Positions 19,223 through 30,379 are shown, numbered from the stretch's first letter. The stretch is 64,000 nt of DNA from Acidimicrobiaceae bacterium (GCA_012269985.1 JAAXJF010000035.1:1150-65149), one strand, 5' to 3'. Notes: generated by a model from the sequence alone, not told the origin. A program made the numbers and translations.

Positions 19223-20554
19223 TTGGAGTCTGTGAGTGTCCTTCGAGTTCAACGCTGGTCAGAAATGGATGTCGCTGCCCGACAACAGATTCTCCACCGC
19301 GGCCTCGACGACATTTTTGAGCCGTCGCTACGGGCATCGATCGGAGAACTCATCGATGACGTTCGTGAACGAGGCGATGAGGCGGTATGCGATGCTCTCG
19401 ATCGCTTCGATGGCATCACCGTGTCTCCTGATGCTCTGCGTCTCAGCGATGACGAGTACGAATCGGCAACGGTTTCACAAGAGGTTGCCTCCGCTATTGA
19501 CGATGCGATTACGCACCTGCGCATCTTCAATGAGCGACAACTCGAACACTCGTCGTCATGGTCATTCGAGAGTGAACCTGGCCTCACCATCGGTGAAAAG
19601 ATCACGCCGATTACCTCTGCCGGACTCTTCACGCCGTCAGGTAAAGCGTCGTATCCGAGCGTGACGTATCAACTCGCCGTTCCTGCGATCGTCGCTGGTG
19701 TTCCTGAAATCGCTGTTGTTGTCCCGCCGGTGCCAGGCGGTCAGGGTGAGGTCGATCCCGCAGTCGTTCACGTCTGTCGCACACTTGGCATTCGCAATAT
19801 CTTTCGGGTGAATGGCCCCGCCGGAATCGCCGCGCTTGGCTTTGGCACCGAGTCAATACCTCGGGTCCGAAAGATCGTTGGGCCAGGGTCACCCGCTGTC
19901 ACGATTGCGCAGGTCGAGATGCAGCGGCACGGCGTCTCGACGATGATGTTGCTCGGTCCAACCGAGTCGCTTGTCATTGCCGACGACTCGGCTGATGTCA
20001 TGCGACTTGCCGCTGACCTTCTCATCGAGGCCGAACACGGAACTGACACCTCAGTCGTTCTCGTCACGCCATCGTCAACGCTTGCCGAGAGCGTCGATGC
20101 AGAACTGCATCGTCAACTCGCTGATCTACCCGAGGTTCGAGCAACGGCTGCTCGAGCTGCGCTCGGCCCGAACGGTGGATGTGTCGTTGTCGACAACATC
20201 GACGACGCATGCACCGTTGCGAATGCCTACGCGCCAGAACACCTTCAGATCGCAGTTCGCGAGACCGATGTCGAGCACTGTGTCGACCAAATTGATCACG
20301 CTGGTGAAATGCTCATTGGCCAGCACACACCGTTCTCTGCAGCGAATTTCGTGATCGGCTGCCCAGCATCACTGCCCACCTCTGGATTCGCTCATGTCTC
20401 ATCGGGCATCACCGCTCAGGCGTTTCTGAAACGAACTGCGGTTGCGCGAGCTGATGAACATGCTCTCGAACGGATGGCTCCCTCGATCATCGCTCTTGCT
20501 GATCACGAGGGGTTTCCTGCTCATGCGGCTGCGATTCGTCGTCGCCAACACTGA
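19223..20554 (+). CDS. Histidinol dehydrogenase family protein (possibly a diverged paralog)
   Basis: 443-aa ORF with HisD-like blocks (GKASYPSVTYQLAVPAIVAGV, LLGPTESLVIADDSAD, EAEHG, APEHLQI). Several positions that are Zn ligands in canonical HisD look substituted by eye. Confidence 0.75.
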   Translation: MESVSVLRVQRWSEMDVAARQQILHRGLDDIFEPSLRASIGELIDDVRERGDEAVCDALDRFDGITVSPDALRLSDDEYESATVSQEVASAIDDAITHLRIFNERQLEHSSSWSFESEPGLTIGEKITPITSAGLFTPSGKASYPSVTYQLAVPAIVAGVPEIAVVVPPVPGGQGEVDPAVVHVCRTLGIRNIFRVNGPAGIAALGFGTESIPRVRKIVGPGSPAVTIAQVEMQRHGVSTMMLLGPTESLVIADDSADVMRLAADLLIEAEHGTDTSVVLVTPSSTLAESVDAELHRQLADLPEVRATAARAALGPNGGCVVVDNIDDACTVANAYAPEHLQIAVRETDVEHCVDQIDHAGEMLIGQHTPFSAANFVIGCPASLPTSGFAHVSSGITAQAFLKRTAVARADEHALERMAPSIIALADHEGFPAHAAAIRRRQH

Positions 20555-20556
20555 AC

Positions 20557-21402
20557 ATGACACGCCGTCCGCCCTATGAGCCTTGGCGTGAGACCACCGG
20601 TGAGTTTCGGTGGCGTCTCGGTGTTCGACCGCTCGACCTCGAGCGATGGATCGAAATTGGCGACAATGCTGCTCACGAACTTGCGCTAAAAGCAGAGATT
20701 ATGTCGTCGCATCCGTCGACGGCGTTCTGTGCGCTTGAGCACACTGAAGACGAAGCTCAAGAAGTGCTTGAGGTACTCGTCGCACATCTCGAAGAAGTGC
20801 ATCCTTCGCACGCGGCGACTGTCAAGGTCGACGCAGATCTGCATCCTCTTGATGCAGCAGGTCGACTCATTCAAGAAGATCTCGTGCTTATGGTGGAACG
20901 TGACGAGAGATTGGTCTTTGGTGCCGGCAGCGTTTGCTTTCCGAATCGGTGGGATCTCCAATCGAAACTTGGTCTCAGCATGTCGGAAGTTCATGAACCG
21001 GTAGCGCTTCTCAATGAGCAGCTTGGCCCGGTGATCGATGACGTGCTTCGCCGACTCACACCTGATCGCCCGATGTGGCGCCTGGGGTGGGGTGTTATCG
21101 ACACCGATGATCTCTATCAAGCAGTTGATGGCACTGCAGCTCCTCGACCTGTCGATGCACCTGCGAGCGCCCACCACTTGAGAATCGAACGAGAGACACT
21201 GCGTCGATTCCCACGAACGAACTGCGTGCTGTTCACGATTCGAACCCATCAACTGCCTTTGCCTGATCTGGTTGATATCGATCAGATGTCGGCAGTTGCT
21301 CTTGCTGATGCAATCGAGTCGATGCCGATACCGATCGCTGAATACAAACAGCTCGATCGATCGGGCAACGACATTGCCGACTGGCTCCGGTCGTCAGCCT
21401 GA
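20557..21402 (+). CDS. DUF3445-like protein (heme-dependent oxidative N-demethylase alpha-subunit family)
   Basis: 281-aa ORF starting 3 nt after the HisD-like stop. Recalled family features include FPNRWDL and RxERxTLRRxP...LFTIR. This call is from memory only. Confidence 0.5.
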   Translation: MTRRPPYEPWRETTGEFRWRLGVRPLDLERWIEIGDNAAHELALKAEIMSSHPSTAFCALEHTEDEAQEVLEVLVAHLEEVHPSHAATVKVDADLHPLDAAGRLIQEDLVLMVERDERLVFGAGSVCFPNRWDLQSKLGLSMSEVHEPVALLNEQLGPVIDDVLRRLTPDRPMWRLGWGVIDTDDLYQAVDGTAAPRPVDAPASAHHLRIERETLRRFPRTNCVLFTIRTHQLPLPDLVDIDQMSAVALADAIESMPIPIAEYKQLDRSGNDIADWLRSSA

Positions 21403-21421
21403 CACTGTCTAACCTTCGAAC

Positions 21422-21862
21422 ATGAGCGACCCCGAAGCCCTCGTTCGACGTTTGCTGCAATTCGACCGAGTCTTCAACATGTTCAACATGGAGATGGTTG
21501 AGTTGAATCACGAGCGGTGCGTGATCGAGATGACCGTGACCGAAGAGATGACGAACGGTGCCGGCGTTTGCCAGGGCGGCGTTGTCTTCATACTCGCCGA
21601 CACGGCGATGGCGATGTCAGCAAGTAGTCACGACGAGATGGCACTTGCGACAAACGGGTCGATCGAGTGGGTGAAGTCGGCCTACCCGGGCGATCGCCTC
21701 ACCGCTATCGGCACCACTCGGTGGAAAGGCAAGCGCCCGAGTCTCCATGATGCTGTCGTCACCAATCAAGATGGCGTTGAGATCGCCCACTTTTATGGTC
21801 GAATGCAGCGCGTCGGTGGAACAATCAGCGAATTTCTTCACGAACGCGAGCAACGACCGTAA
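21422..21862 (+). CDS. PaaI-family hot-dog thioesterase
   Basis: 146-aa ORF with the pattern NxxGxxxGG...LADxA (NGAGVCQGGVVFILADTAMA). Confidence 0.75.
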   Translation: MSDPEALVRRLLQFDRVFNMFNMEMVELNHERCVIEMTVTEEMTNGAGVCQGGVVFILADTAMAMSASSHDEMALATNGSIEWVKSAYPGDRLTAIGTTRWKGKRPSLHDAVVTNQDGVEIAHFYGRMQRVGGTISEFLHEREQRP

Positions 21863-21921
21863 CCATCGAAACCTTCCACTACTTAGAGCCCTGCAAGCGA
21901 ATAACTGGCAGAATGTAGGTC

Positions 21922-23694
21922 ATGGCTGACTATCGCGCTCCCATTGCCGACATCGCACACACGCTGACCAACGTTGCGGGACTTGACCAGGTTCTTGACC
22001 AAGAACTGTTCTCTCATGTTGATTCCGACACCGTCATCGGCGTGCTCGAAGAGGTCGGACGGTTCATGTCCGAGGTCGTTGCCCCAACCAATAAAGATGG
22101 CGACACCGTAAAGGCCCAGTGGCATGCTGACGCATCGGTGACCATCCCTGAGTCGTTTAAGCCGGCCTACAAGCAGTATGTCGCATCGGGATTTGGAGCG
22201 ATGCCATTCGATGCCGAGTACGGCGGAGCCGGGTTTCCATGGATGACAGCACTCGCGGTTCAAGAAATGCTGAACAGTGCCAACATGTCGATGGCGCTGT
22301 GTCCTCTCCTCACGCAAGGTGCCATCGACGCTATTGAGGCTCACGGATCGCAGGAACAGAAAGAGACGTATCTGCCAAAGATGCTCACCGGTGAGTGGGC
22401 AGGCACGATGAACCTGTCAGAGCCACAAGCAGGTAGCGATGTTGGCGCGGTACGAACAAAAGCTGAACCAAATGCCGATGGTTCATGGAAGATCACCGGT
22501 ACGAAGATCTGGATCACCTTCGGTGAACACGACATGACCGACCAGATCATTCACCTCGTGCTCGCACGCACACCTGGAGCGCCTCCCGGAACTAAGGGAA
22601 TTTCAATGTTCCTTGTTCCGAAGTTCCTTTTGAATGCCGATGGCTCAATCGGTGAAAAGAATGACGTGAGTTGTGTATCGATCGAGCACAAACTCGGTAT
22701 CCACGGTTCGCCGACGTGTGTGATGTCGTACGGCGAAAACGACGGAGCCATCGGGTGGCTCGTCGGGGAAGAAAACGAAGGCATGCGCAACATGTTCACG
22801 ATGATGAACAACGCCCGCCTCTCCGTCGGTCTGCAAGGTCTTGCCATCACCGAACGCGCCTACCAAGATGCGGTGCAGTACGCGAACGAACGTCGCCAGG
22901 GTCGTGCAATTGGTGCTCTTGCTGGCGAGCAAAGCCTCATCGTTGAGCATCCAGATGTTCGCCGTCTGTTGATGACACAGCGTGCATGGATCGACGCAAT
23001 GCGGGCACTGACATACACGAACGCGGCCTTTCTCGATATGGCGAAAGCCGCTACTGATACCGAGGCGGCTCGCTCATGGCGAGAAAAGGCTGACCTCTAC
23101 ATTCCACTTTCGAAGTCGCTGTGCACTGATGTCGCCCAAGAGTGCACTTCTTCAGCCGTCCAGATATTCGGTGGCATGGGCTACGTCGAAGAAACCGGAG
23201 TTGCGCAGCACTATCGCGACGCTCGTATCCTCCCGATCTATGAGGGAACAAATGGCATCCAAGCGGCCGACCTTGTTGGCCGCAAGCTGGGAATGCGTTC
23301 AGGTGGAGTCGTGCATGACGAACTCGATCGTTTCGAGTCAATGCTCGATGATGTTGTCAAGGTCGACGGCATGGCTACCGCCGCAGAAAATATGCGCCAA
23401 GCCATTTCCAGCAGTCGTGAGGCGACTGAGCATCTCGTCAGCGTTGCAAGCAATGATCCCGCAAGCCTGCTGGCGTCATCGACGCCGTATCTTCGAATGC
23501 TTGGAACGACCGTATGTGCGGGTCTCCTTGCCGGAAGCGTTGTCGGACTCGACCCGTCAAATGAATTTGAGGCCGCGAAAATTGCTTCCGCTCGGTTTTT
23601 CTGTGAGCAATTGTTGCCGGCGGCGCAAGGCTGGGCAAGTGCAGTAAAGATGTCATCTGAGACTCTCTACGCGATTCCTGCGGATGCCTTTTAA
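21922..23694 (+). CDS. Acyl-CoA dehydrogenase, long FadE5-like type with C-terminal extension
   Basis: 590-aa ORF with ACAD motifs (LSEPQAGSDVGA, IWITFGEHD, QIFGGMGYVEE, IYEGTNGIQ). Confidence 0.85.
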   Translation: MADYRAPIADIAHTLTNVAGLDQVLDQELFSHVDSDTVIGVLEEVGRFMSEVVAPTNKDGDTVKAQWHADASVTIPESFKPAYKQYVASGFGAMPFDAEYGGAGFPWMTALAVQEMLNSANMSMALCPLLTQGAIDAIEAHGSQEQKETYLPKMLTGEWAGTMNLSEPQAGSDVGAVRTKAEPNADGSWKITGTKIWITFGEHDMTDQIIHLVLARTPGAPPGTKGISMFLVPKFLLNADGSIGEKNDVSCVSIEHKLGIHGSPTCVMSYGENDGAIGWLVGEENEGMRNMFTMMNNARLSVGLQGLAITERAYQDAVQYANERRQGRAIGALAGEQSLIVEHPDVRRLLMTQRAWIDAMRALTYTNAAFLDMAKAATDTEAARSWREKADLYIPLSKSLCTDVAQECTSSAVQIFGGMGYVEETGVAQHYRDARILPIYEGTNGIQAADLVGRKLGMRSGGVVHDELDRFESMLDDVVKVDGMATAAENMRQAISSSREATEHLVSVASNDPASLLASSTPYLRMLGTTVCAGLLAGSVVGLDPSNEFEAAKIASARFFCEQLLPAAQGWASAVKMSSETLYAIPADAF

Positions 23695-23745
23695 GCTAGC
23701 ATCGATAACGAATTCTGCGTTTTCTCAGTCTCTGAACTAAGAAAT

Positions 23746-23766
23746 CTTTAGTCGAAATGACTCAAC
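23746..23766. promoter_or_regulatory. HAIR-like inverted repeat (putative HspR operator) upstream of clpB
   Basis: CTTTAGT-N7-ACTCAAC compares with the HspR-associated inverted repeat consensus CTTGAGT-N7-ACTCAAG, with one mismatch per arm. It lies 41 bp upstream of the clpB ATG. Confidence 0.5.
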
Positions 23767-23806
23767 ATTTGTAGGTTTCTGCAAAATGGATCGATAAGTT
23801 ATCCAC

Positions 23807-26299
23807 ATGGCACTCGATCCAAAAAAATGGACGACAAAAACCCAAGAAGCGGTCGCAGAGGCCGGCGACCTTGCACGGTCACTCGCCAACCCTCAACTCA
23901 CCGCCGATCACCTCCTGTTCGCAATCGCATCACAGGAGGGCACCGTTGCAGCCGCTCTTCTCTCAAAACTCGGCCAAGCCCCCGGCATGGTCGCCAACCG
24001 TGCCAACGAGGCGATCTCAAAACTGCCACAAGCACAAGGAGGCGACGAGCCTCGCATGGATCGCGAACTGTCGAACGTCTTCGACAACGCGGACTCCTAT
24101 CGAAAAGATCTACGAGACGACTACCTCTCAGTTGAGCACCTCCTTCTCGCCATGAACCAGCGAGTTGGTGTTGGGTCAGAAGAAATGTTGCAAGCGCTAA
24201 AAGATGTTCGCGGCAACCACCGCATCACCGATCAAGACCCTGAAGCAAAATTTGCTGCACTCGAAAAGTATGGGCATGATCTCACCGCCCAAGCCGCGGC
24301 AGGAAAGATCGATCCGGTGATTGGCCGCGACGACGAAATCCGTCGTGTCATTCAAGTGCTCAGCCGACGCACAAAGAACAACCCAGTGCTCATCGGTGAA
24401 CCAGGCGTCGGAAAGACCGCCATCGCAGAAGGGCTCGCACGACGAATTTCCGACGGGGATGTGCCTGAAGGGCTGAAAGGAAAGCGTCTGATCTCACTCG
24501 ATATCGCCTCGATGCTCGCCGGCGCAAAATACCGAGGTGAATTTGAAGAACGCCTCAAAGCCGTTCTCAAAGAGATCACCGATGCTGCTGGCGAAATCGT
24601 CACCTTCATCGACGAACTCCACACCATCGTCGGCGCCGGCGCTTCAGAAGGCGCAATGGACGCCGGAAACATGATCAAACCAATGCTCGCCCGAGGCGAA
24701 CTTCATCTCATCGGCGCCACCACCCTCGACGAATATCGCAAATACGTCGAAAAAGATCCAGCTCTCGAGCGTCGGTTCCAGCAGGTATACGTCGGCGAGC
24801 CAACGGTCGAAGACACGATTGGCATCTTGAGAGGGCTGAGAGAGCGCTACGAGGTTCACCACGGCGTACGCATTCAAGATTCTGCCCTTGTCTCTGCGGC
24901 CGTGCTCTCAAACCGTTACCTCACCAACCGATTTCTTCCCGACAAAGCCATCGACCTCGTCGACGAGGCTGCGTCAAAACTGCGGATCGAAATCGATTCG
25001 ATGCCGACCGAGATCGACATTGTCGAACGACGCATCCTGCAACTCGAAATTGAACAAGTCGCTCTTGAAAAAGAACACGACGACATCAGTCGAGAGCGCC
25101 TCGACCATCTGCACGACGAACTTGCATCACTCAATGCAGAACGTTCAACCATGAAACAACGTTGGGAAGCCGAGAAGCAGGCCATCGAGGCGATCCGCAA
25201 CCTCAAAGAAGAACTTGAGCAACTGCGGAGCCAGGCCGAACGAGAAACGGATCTCAACCTTGCCGCCGAAATTCGCTACGGCAGAATTCCCGAACTTGAA
25301 CGTCGCATCGACGAAGCAACAGCACACCTCGACGAACTTCAAGTGGCAGCCCGAATGCTGAAAGAAGAAGTCGACGCAGAAGACATCGCTGAAGTCGTCG
25401 CGAAGTGGACCGGCGTCCCGATGGCAAAATTGATGGAAAGCGAGATGGCAAAACTCGTTCATCTCGAAGAGTCGTTACATCAACGGGTGATCGGCCAACA
25501 CGACGCAGTCACCGCTGTTGCCAACGCAGTTCGACGCAGTCGAGCCGGTATCAGCGACCCGAACCGACCGATCGGTTCATTCATGTTTCTCGGGCCCACC
25601 GGAGTCGGCAAGACCGAACTTGCTCGGGCACTTGCCGAGTTTCTCTTTGACGATGAACGGGCGATGGTGCGCATCGACATGGGTGAATACATGGAAAAGC
25701 ACACGGTGAGCCGGCTCATCGGTGCACCTCCTGGATACGTCGGCTACGACGAAGGTGGCCAACTCACCGAAGCTGTTCGGCGGCGCCCGTACTCGGTGGT
25801 GCTGCTCGATGAAATCGAAAAAGCACACCCCGATGTGTTCAATGTCTTACTGCAGGTACTCGACGACGGACGTCTCACCGATGGTCAAGGTCGAACCGTC
25901 GACTTCACGAACGCTGTTCTCATCATGACCTCGAACCTTGCCGGAGATCCGTCATCGTTCTTCAAGCCGGAATTCCTCAACCGGGTTGACGACATCATCA
26001 GATTCAGTGAACTCACTCAATCAGATCTTCGTCACATCGTCGACATTCACATTGAACGTCTTCAAGCTCGACTCATGGACAGCAAACGAATCGAACTGAA
26101 GGTGACCCCCGATGCTCTCGATGCTCTCGCTGAAATTGGGTTTGACCCGGCGTTCGGTGCACGACCCCTCAAACGAGTGATTCAACGAGAAATCGGTGAC
26201 CGTGCCGCGATCATGATCCTCGAGGGCAAGGCCGCAGAAGGTAGTTCACTCACCGTCGAAATGAACGGCGACACCGTCGAACTCACAACGTCGGGATAA
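23807..26299 (+). CDS. clpB: ATP-dependent chaperone ClpB
   Basis: 830-aa ORF with two AAA+ modules ([18 protein letters not shown]), a coiled-coil middle domain and a Clp N domain. Confidence 0.95.
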   Translation: MALDPKKWTTKTQEAVAEAGDLARSLANPQLTADHLLFAIASQEGTVAAALLSKLGQAPGMVANRANEAISKLPQAQGGDEPRMDRELSNVFDNADSYRKDLRDDYLSVEHLLLAMNQRVGVGSEEMLQALKDVRGNHRITDQDPEAKFAALEKYGHDLTAQAAAGKIDPVIGRDDEIRRVIQVLSRRTKNNPVLIGEPGVGKTAIAEGLARRISDGDVPEGLKGKRLISLDIASMLAGAKYRGEFEERLKAVLKEITDAAGEIVTFIDELHTIVGAGASEGAMDAGNMIKPMLARGELHLIGATTLDEYRKYVEKDPALERRFQQVYVGEPTVEDTIGILRGLRERYEVHHGVRIQDSALVSAAVLSNRYLTNRFLPDKAIDLVDEAASKLRIEIDSMPTEIDIVERRILQLEIEQVALEKEHDDISRERLDHLHDELASLNAERSTMKQRWEAEKQAIEAIRNLKEELEQLRSQAERETDLNLAAEIRYGRIPELERRIDEATAHLDELQVAARMLKEEVDAEDIAEVVAKWTGVPMAKLMESEMAKLVHLEESLHQRVIGQHDAVTAVANAVRRSRAGISDPNRPIGSFMFLGPTGVGKTELARALAEFLFDDERAMVRIDMGEYMEKHTVSRLIGAPPGYVGYDEGGQLTEAVRRRPYSVVLLDEIEKAHPDVFNVLLQVLDDGRLTDGQGRTVDFTNAVLIMTSNLAGDPSSFFKPEFLNRVDDIIRFSELTQSDLRHIVDIHIERLQARLMDSKRIELKVTPDALDALAEIGFDPAFGARPLKRVIQREIGDRAAIMILEGKAAEGSSLTVEMNGDTVELTTSG

Positions 26300-28037
26300 G
26301 CCGCTCTTTCAACTCGCGCTTCAAAAATTTGCCGTTCGCGTTCTGCGGAAGTTTCTCATCGAGAATCCAGACGTAGCGAGGCACCTTGTGCTTTGCAATG
26401 CGCTCACCCAAGAACTCTTGAAGGGCTTCGGCCGACAGCGAGGCGCTCGGGTGCAAGTGAATAGCGACACCAACCTCTTCTCCAAGGCGGTCGTCTGGAA
26501 CACCAAACACGGCAGCCTCTGCAACCGCTTCGTTCTGATAGATGGCCGCCTCAACTTCTGCTGAATACACGTTCTCACCGCCGCGCAACACCATGTCTTT
26601 GGCTCGGTCAACGATGTAGAGAAACCCGTCGTCATCAACCATTGCGACATCGCCTGTATTAAACCATCCGTCGCGAATCGCATCGGCTGTTGCGTCAGGT
26701 CGATTGATGTACCCCTTCACCACGACCGGTCCACGCACGCACAATTGCCCGCGCGCCTCTGGGGTGATAGCGACGTCGTTTCCGTCGTCATCGACGAGCT
26801 TGACATCGCAGACCGGTACGACGCGACCACATGACGCAGGCTTCTCAATGAAGAACTTCGCTGCGTTGGCGGTCACGATGCCGTGTGTCTCGGTCAGTCC
26901 ATAGCCGGTAGACGGTGCGCCTCTCGACAGGCTCTTATCAATCTTTTCGACAAGGTCGGGTTGCACTGCTGCACCGCCACCGCCCATACCTTGCACCGTG
27001 CTCGTATCGCGGGTCTCCCAGTCTGGATGCGAAATGAGTTCTCGACTCATTGTGGGCACACCGGAGAAGGTGGTGACGCCTTCGCGTTCAATGAGTTCGA
27101 GGGCACGACCTGGATCCCATTTGTAGGTGAGCACGATTTTTCCGCCGACCAGCGTGCATGGCTGCAAGAGGCAGTTGTTCGCCGTGACGTGGAATAACGG
27201 TGTCGGTGCCATGTACACCGGTTGGCTAGCAGGGTCGGTGAGATTTCCCATCTCTTTGCCTTCAATATCGCCTGCAGCCTTTGCTTTTGCCTCAGCAGCA
27301 GCAGCAGTCAGGCTCATGAAGACAAGATTCATCACATTGTGTACCGAGCCTCGGTGGGTGAGTTGGGCGCCCTTCGGGAAACCAGTCGTTCCTGAGGTGT
27401 AGAAAATGCAGGCATCATCGTCGGGGTCGATATCGGCCGGCGGCAGCTCTGCCGGTGCGTTCGACGCATCAACAACGTCACTCCAACGTGAACAGTTGTC
27501 GGGAAGGTCGCGGTCACTGCGCACCGACATCACATGAAGGGCAACGTCGGCGCGAATCTCGTCAAGCACCGGCAACAGTCGCTCAAGGCGTTCATCATCG
27601 ACGATCACCACCTTCGGCTGAGCGTCGTTGAGACCAAATTTCATCTCTTCTGACGTCCACCATGCATTCATGCCAACAACGGCTGCACCAAGTGACACCG
27701 TTGCCCAGTACGTCATCACCCACTCGGGGAAATTTCGCATCGAGATTGCGACCCGATCGCCACTGCCTACGCCGTGGGCGTCTCGAAGGTGATGGGCGAG
27801 CGAACGAACCGATGCCGCAACCTCGGCGTAAGTGAAACGCTCATCTTCGTAGACGATGTACTCTCGGTCGGCGTACCCGGCGGTTAGCTCCCAAAAGGCA
27901 CGCATTGTTGGTGGCGCATTCTTGAACACGCGCATCGGAACCCCGCGAACGGTGATGTCGGTCATTTCGAATTGGCTGCCATCGGCCGCCATTTCTTCCC
28001 ATGTCGACAAATAGTGCTGCATCAGTGCGGTAGGCAT
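26283..28037 (-). CDS. AMP-dependent acyl-CoA synthetase/ligase
   Basis: Motifs [19 protein letters not shown] and [21 protein letters not shown] are present. The start is taken at MPTALMQHY (28037); the ORF-track alternative is 28109. The 3' end overlaps clpB by 17 nt in convergent orientation. Confidence 0.8.
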   Translation of the reverse strand: MPTALMQHYLSTWEEMAADGSQFEMTDITVRGVPMRVFKNAPPTMRAFWELTAGYADREYIVYEDERFTYAEVAASVRSLAHHLRDAHGVGSGDRVAISMRNFPEWVMTYWATVSLGAAVVGMNAWWTSEEMKFGLNDAQPKVVIVDDERLERLLPVLDEIRADVALHVMSVRSDRDLPDNCSRWSDVVDASNAPAELPPADIDPDDDACIFYTSGTTGFPKGAQLTHRGSVHNVMNLVFMSLTAAAAEAKAKAAGDIEGKEMGNLTDPASQPVYMAPTPLFHVTANNCLLQPCTLVGGKIVLTYKWDPGRALELIEREGVTTFSGVPTMSRELISHPDWETRDTSTVQGMGGGGAAVQPDLVEKIDKSLSRGAPSTGYGLTETHGIVTANAAKFFIEKPASCGRVVPVCDVKLVDDDGNDVAITPEARGQLCVRGPVVVKGYINRPDATADAIRDGWFNTGDVAMVDDDGFLYIVDRAKDMVLRGGENVYSAEVEAAIYQNEAVAEAAVFGVPDDRLGEEVGVAIHLHPSASLSAEALQEFLGERIAKHKVPRYVWILDEKLPQNANGKFLKRELKERLIPTL

Positions 28038-28109
28038 AGAACGCCTAGTTTTACCGATGAGACAGAGCAACTTGTCATCGGTGGCGACCCGTTTTCGCCA
28101 CCGAGGCAC

Positions 28110-28697
28110 TCAAGTTGTCAGGTGGCTGATGACGAGGTCACGCAAGCGCTCAATGCCGACGTTTTTTGACGCCGACGCCCACACGATGTCGCCTTGTTCA
28201 AGCATGCATCCCTCGGCCAGATCACGTTTCCGGCGTTGGCGTTTTGCCGACTTCACCTTGTCGGATTTTGTCGCGACCACGGTGTGAGGGACGTCGTTGT
28301 ACCTCAACCACTCAAGCATCTGCACGTCAAGCGGGGTCGGTCCGATCTCCCCATCGACAAGCACAAACACCATGACGAGTTCTTCGCGTTCAAGAAGGTA
28401 ACCCTCGATCATCGACGACCAGTCACCACGAATGTGGCCAGGGACTTTCGCATACCCGTAACCCGGCAAATCGACGACTGCTCCCCCGGCGACGTGCGAG
28501 AAGACATTGATCAACTGGGTACGACCGGGAGTATTCGACACTCGTGCGAGTTGACGCTGATGAGCGAGGGCGTTGATCAGCGAACTCTTTCCCACGTTCG
28601 AGCGACCAACAAAGGCGACCTCCGGGCCGAGTTCTGGCAGTTGATGAGCCCTCGTAGCTGACTGCACGAACTTCAACTGCAGTGGTTTTGACCCCAT
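28110..28697 (-). CDS. engB: Ribosome-biogenesis GTPase EngB/YsxC
   Basis: 195-aa ORF with the G1 motif GRSNVGKSSLINAL, DLPGYGYA and TKSDK (G4). Confidence 0.9.
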   Translation of the reverse strand: MGSKPLQLKFVQSATRAHQLPELGPEVAFVGRSNVGKSSLINALAHQRQLARVSNTPGRTQLINVFSHVAGGAVVDLPGYGYAKVPGHIRGDWSSMIEGYLLEREELVMVFVLVDGEIGPTPLDVQMLEWLRYNDVPHTVVATKSDKVKSAKRQRRKRDLAEGCMLEQGDIVWASASKNVGIERLRDLVISHLTT

Positions 28698-28703
28698 GGT
28701 GAA

Positions 28704-28931
28704 CTACCCGGAGATCAGAGTGGCAAGTGACCACACTGAGGCAATGAAACCGAGCACTGCGTAGAACAAGCTGCGAAACAGTGGAGGTCGAGGAGGCGGA
28801 CCGTCGGTCAATGCTTCGACCGAGCCTGCTGGTGGTGTCGGTGGTCGAACGAGCGCGAGCAGGTTTCCAATACACAACGCGCCACCAAGCGCGAGCAGCA
28901 ACCACGCAATGAGGTCCTCTCCGAGGAACAT
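28704..28931 (-). CDS. Small membrane protein (hypothetical)
   Basis: Two predicted TM helices (LIAWLLLALGGALCIGNLLALV; LFYAVLGFIASVWSLATLI). The start is taken at MFLGEDL. No family was recognised. Confidence 0.35.
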   Translation of the reverse strand: MFLGEDLIAWLLLALGGALCIGNLLALVRPPTPPAGSVEALTDGPPPRPPLFRSLFYAVLGFIASVWSLATLISG

Positions 28932-28960
28932 CTCAACAGTCTGCCGTGCGACACTGCAGT

Positions 28961-30379
28961 ATGGCATCCATTCGTGAAACAACTTTTCAGAACGTGGCAG
29001 ATCTGTTCTCGATGTCTGATGCTGTTCTCGTCTTCGACAACGGAGAAGAGATTGAAAGTAAAGAACTTGTTCGTCGTGCCGAACAGCGCCTCGGTCAACT
29101 GCGAGCTCAAGGTTTTGCTCGAGGAGATCGACTGGCCTTACACCGCGGAAATGACATCGAAGCGCTTGAGTTACTTCTTGCGGCAGCGCTTGGAGGAATC
29201 GTCATCGTCGCGGTGAACACAAAGTATTCGCAAGTCGAAGTTGATGACCTTGTCGCTCGATCAGGAGCCCGCCATCCACAGCTCTCTCATCACGGCGATG
29301 TCGAGCCCGATGTGTGTGCAGATGCGCAAGATCTTCCGTTCATCATCTTCACGACGTCGGGTACAACATCGAAACCAAAGATGGTCTTGCATCATCAACG
29401 CTCGGTGATTGAACACACCGTTGACATCGTCGATCATTTTGAATACTCGGACGCCGACACCGTTCTTATGGCACTCCCGTTGTGTGGAACCTTTGGCCTC
29501 AGCAGCCTCATCGCGGCGGTTGCCTCTGGCGCCCGAGTCGTCGTCAACCAGTTCTCTGTTGATGGGACATCCGCGCTCACCCACCGTGAGCAGATCACCG
29601 CGATGAACGGAAGCGATGACATGTTCCATCGGCTCCTACTCGCCGACGCTGATCTCTCTCATCTCCGCATCAGCGGGTACGCCCAGTTCAACACGTCGTT
29701 GAGTGACATCGTCTCCCGAGCGGAAGCAAAGGGTGCAACCCTGACCGGGCTGTACGGAATGAGTGAGGTGCAAGCTCTCTTTTCGCTCCGCGACCCACAA
29801 CTCGATAGCGACGGAAGGTCTCGTGCGGGTGGCATGCTCGTGTCGCCTCGAGCCTCAGCGCGAGTTGTTGATGGCGAACTTCAACTTCGTGGGCCAAGTC
29901 TCTTCGCCGGCTACCTCCAAGAGGGTGGTGACGCCGTCGACGACGAACTCACCGCTCAGTACATGGTGACGGACGACGACGGTGTCGTGTGGTTTAAAAC
30001 AGGCGACCTCGCAGAGATGGATGACGACCGAACCTTCCATTACATCTCTCGGCTCGGCGACATTCTTCGACTGGGAGGATTTCTTGTTGCGCCGGCAGAA
30101 ATCGCTGAAGCACTGTGCAGTGCTCCAGGAGTTGCCGATGCCCAAGTCGTAGCCGTTGGTCTTGAGACCGGGTCGCGGCCAGTGGCATTCGTGATTCCCG
30201 AGGAGGGTGCCACCATCAGTGAAGACGAGGTCATCGAGCATTGCCGCAGTCGACTTGCCCGCTACAAGGTGCCGGTAAGGGTCGTATCGCTTGATGAATT
30301 TCCCATCACTGATGGGCCAAACGGGGTGAAGATCAGGTTGACCGAACTGCGCGATTGGGCGACAGAACTGTTGAGTTAA
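28961..30379 (+). CDS. AMP-binding (adenylate-forming) enzyme
   Basis: Motifs FTTSGTTSKPK, YGMSE, TGDLAEMDDDRTFHYISRLGD and GVKIR are present. The start is either 28946 (ORF track) or ATG 28961. Confidence 0.75.
   Translation: MASIRETTFQNVADLFSMSDAVLVFDNGEEIESKELVRRAEQRLGQLRAQGFARGDRLALHRGNDIEALELLLAAALGGIVIVAVNTKYSQVEVDDLVARSGARHPQLSHHGDVEPDVCADAQDLPFIIFTTSGTTSKPKMVLHHQRSVIEHTVDIVDHFEYSDADTVLMALPLCGTFGLSSLIAAVASGARVVVNQFSVDGTSALTHREQITAMNGSDDMFHRLLLADADLSHLRISGYAQFNTSLSDIVSRAEAKGATLTGLYGMSEVQALFSLRDPQLDSDGRSRAGGMLVSPRASARVVDGELQLRGPSLFAGYLQEGGDAVDDELTAQYMVTDDDGVVWFKTGDLAEMDDDRTFHYISRLGDILRLGGFLVAPAEIAEALCSAPGVADAQVVAVGLETGSRPVAFVIPEEGATISEDEVIEHCRSRLARYKVPVRVVSLDEFPITDGPNGVKIRLTELRDWATELLS

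Noticed and set aside
19002-19337. 111-aa minus-strand ORF spanning the tRNA-Leu gene.
   Set aside because: It overlaps a well-folded tRNA and the 5' end of the HisD-like gene, so it is not plausible as a protein.
23799-23807. Perfect DnaA box TTATCCACA overlapping the clpB start codon.
   Set aside because: It is an isolated single box with no partners. I cannot distinguish it from a chance occurrence, so no function is assigned. It does count toward the overall enrichment of perfect boxes in the window.
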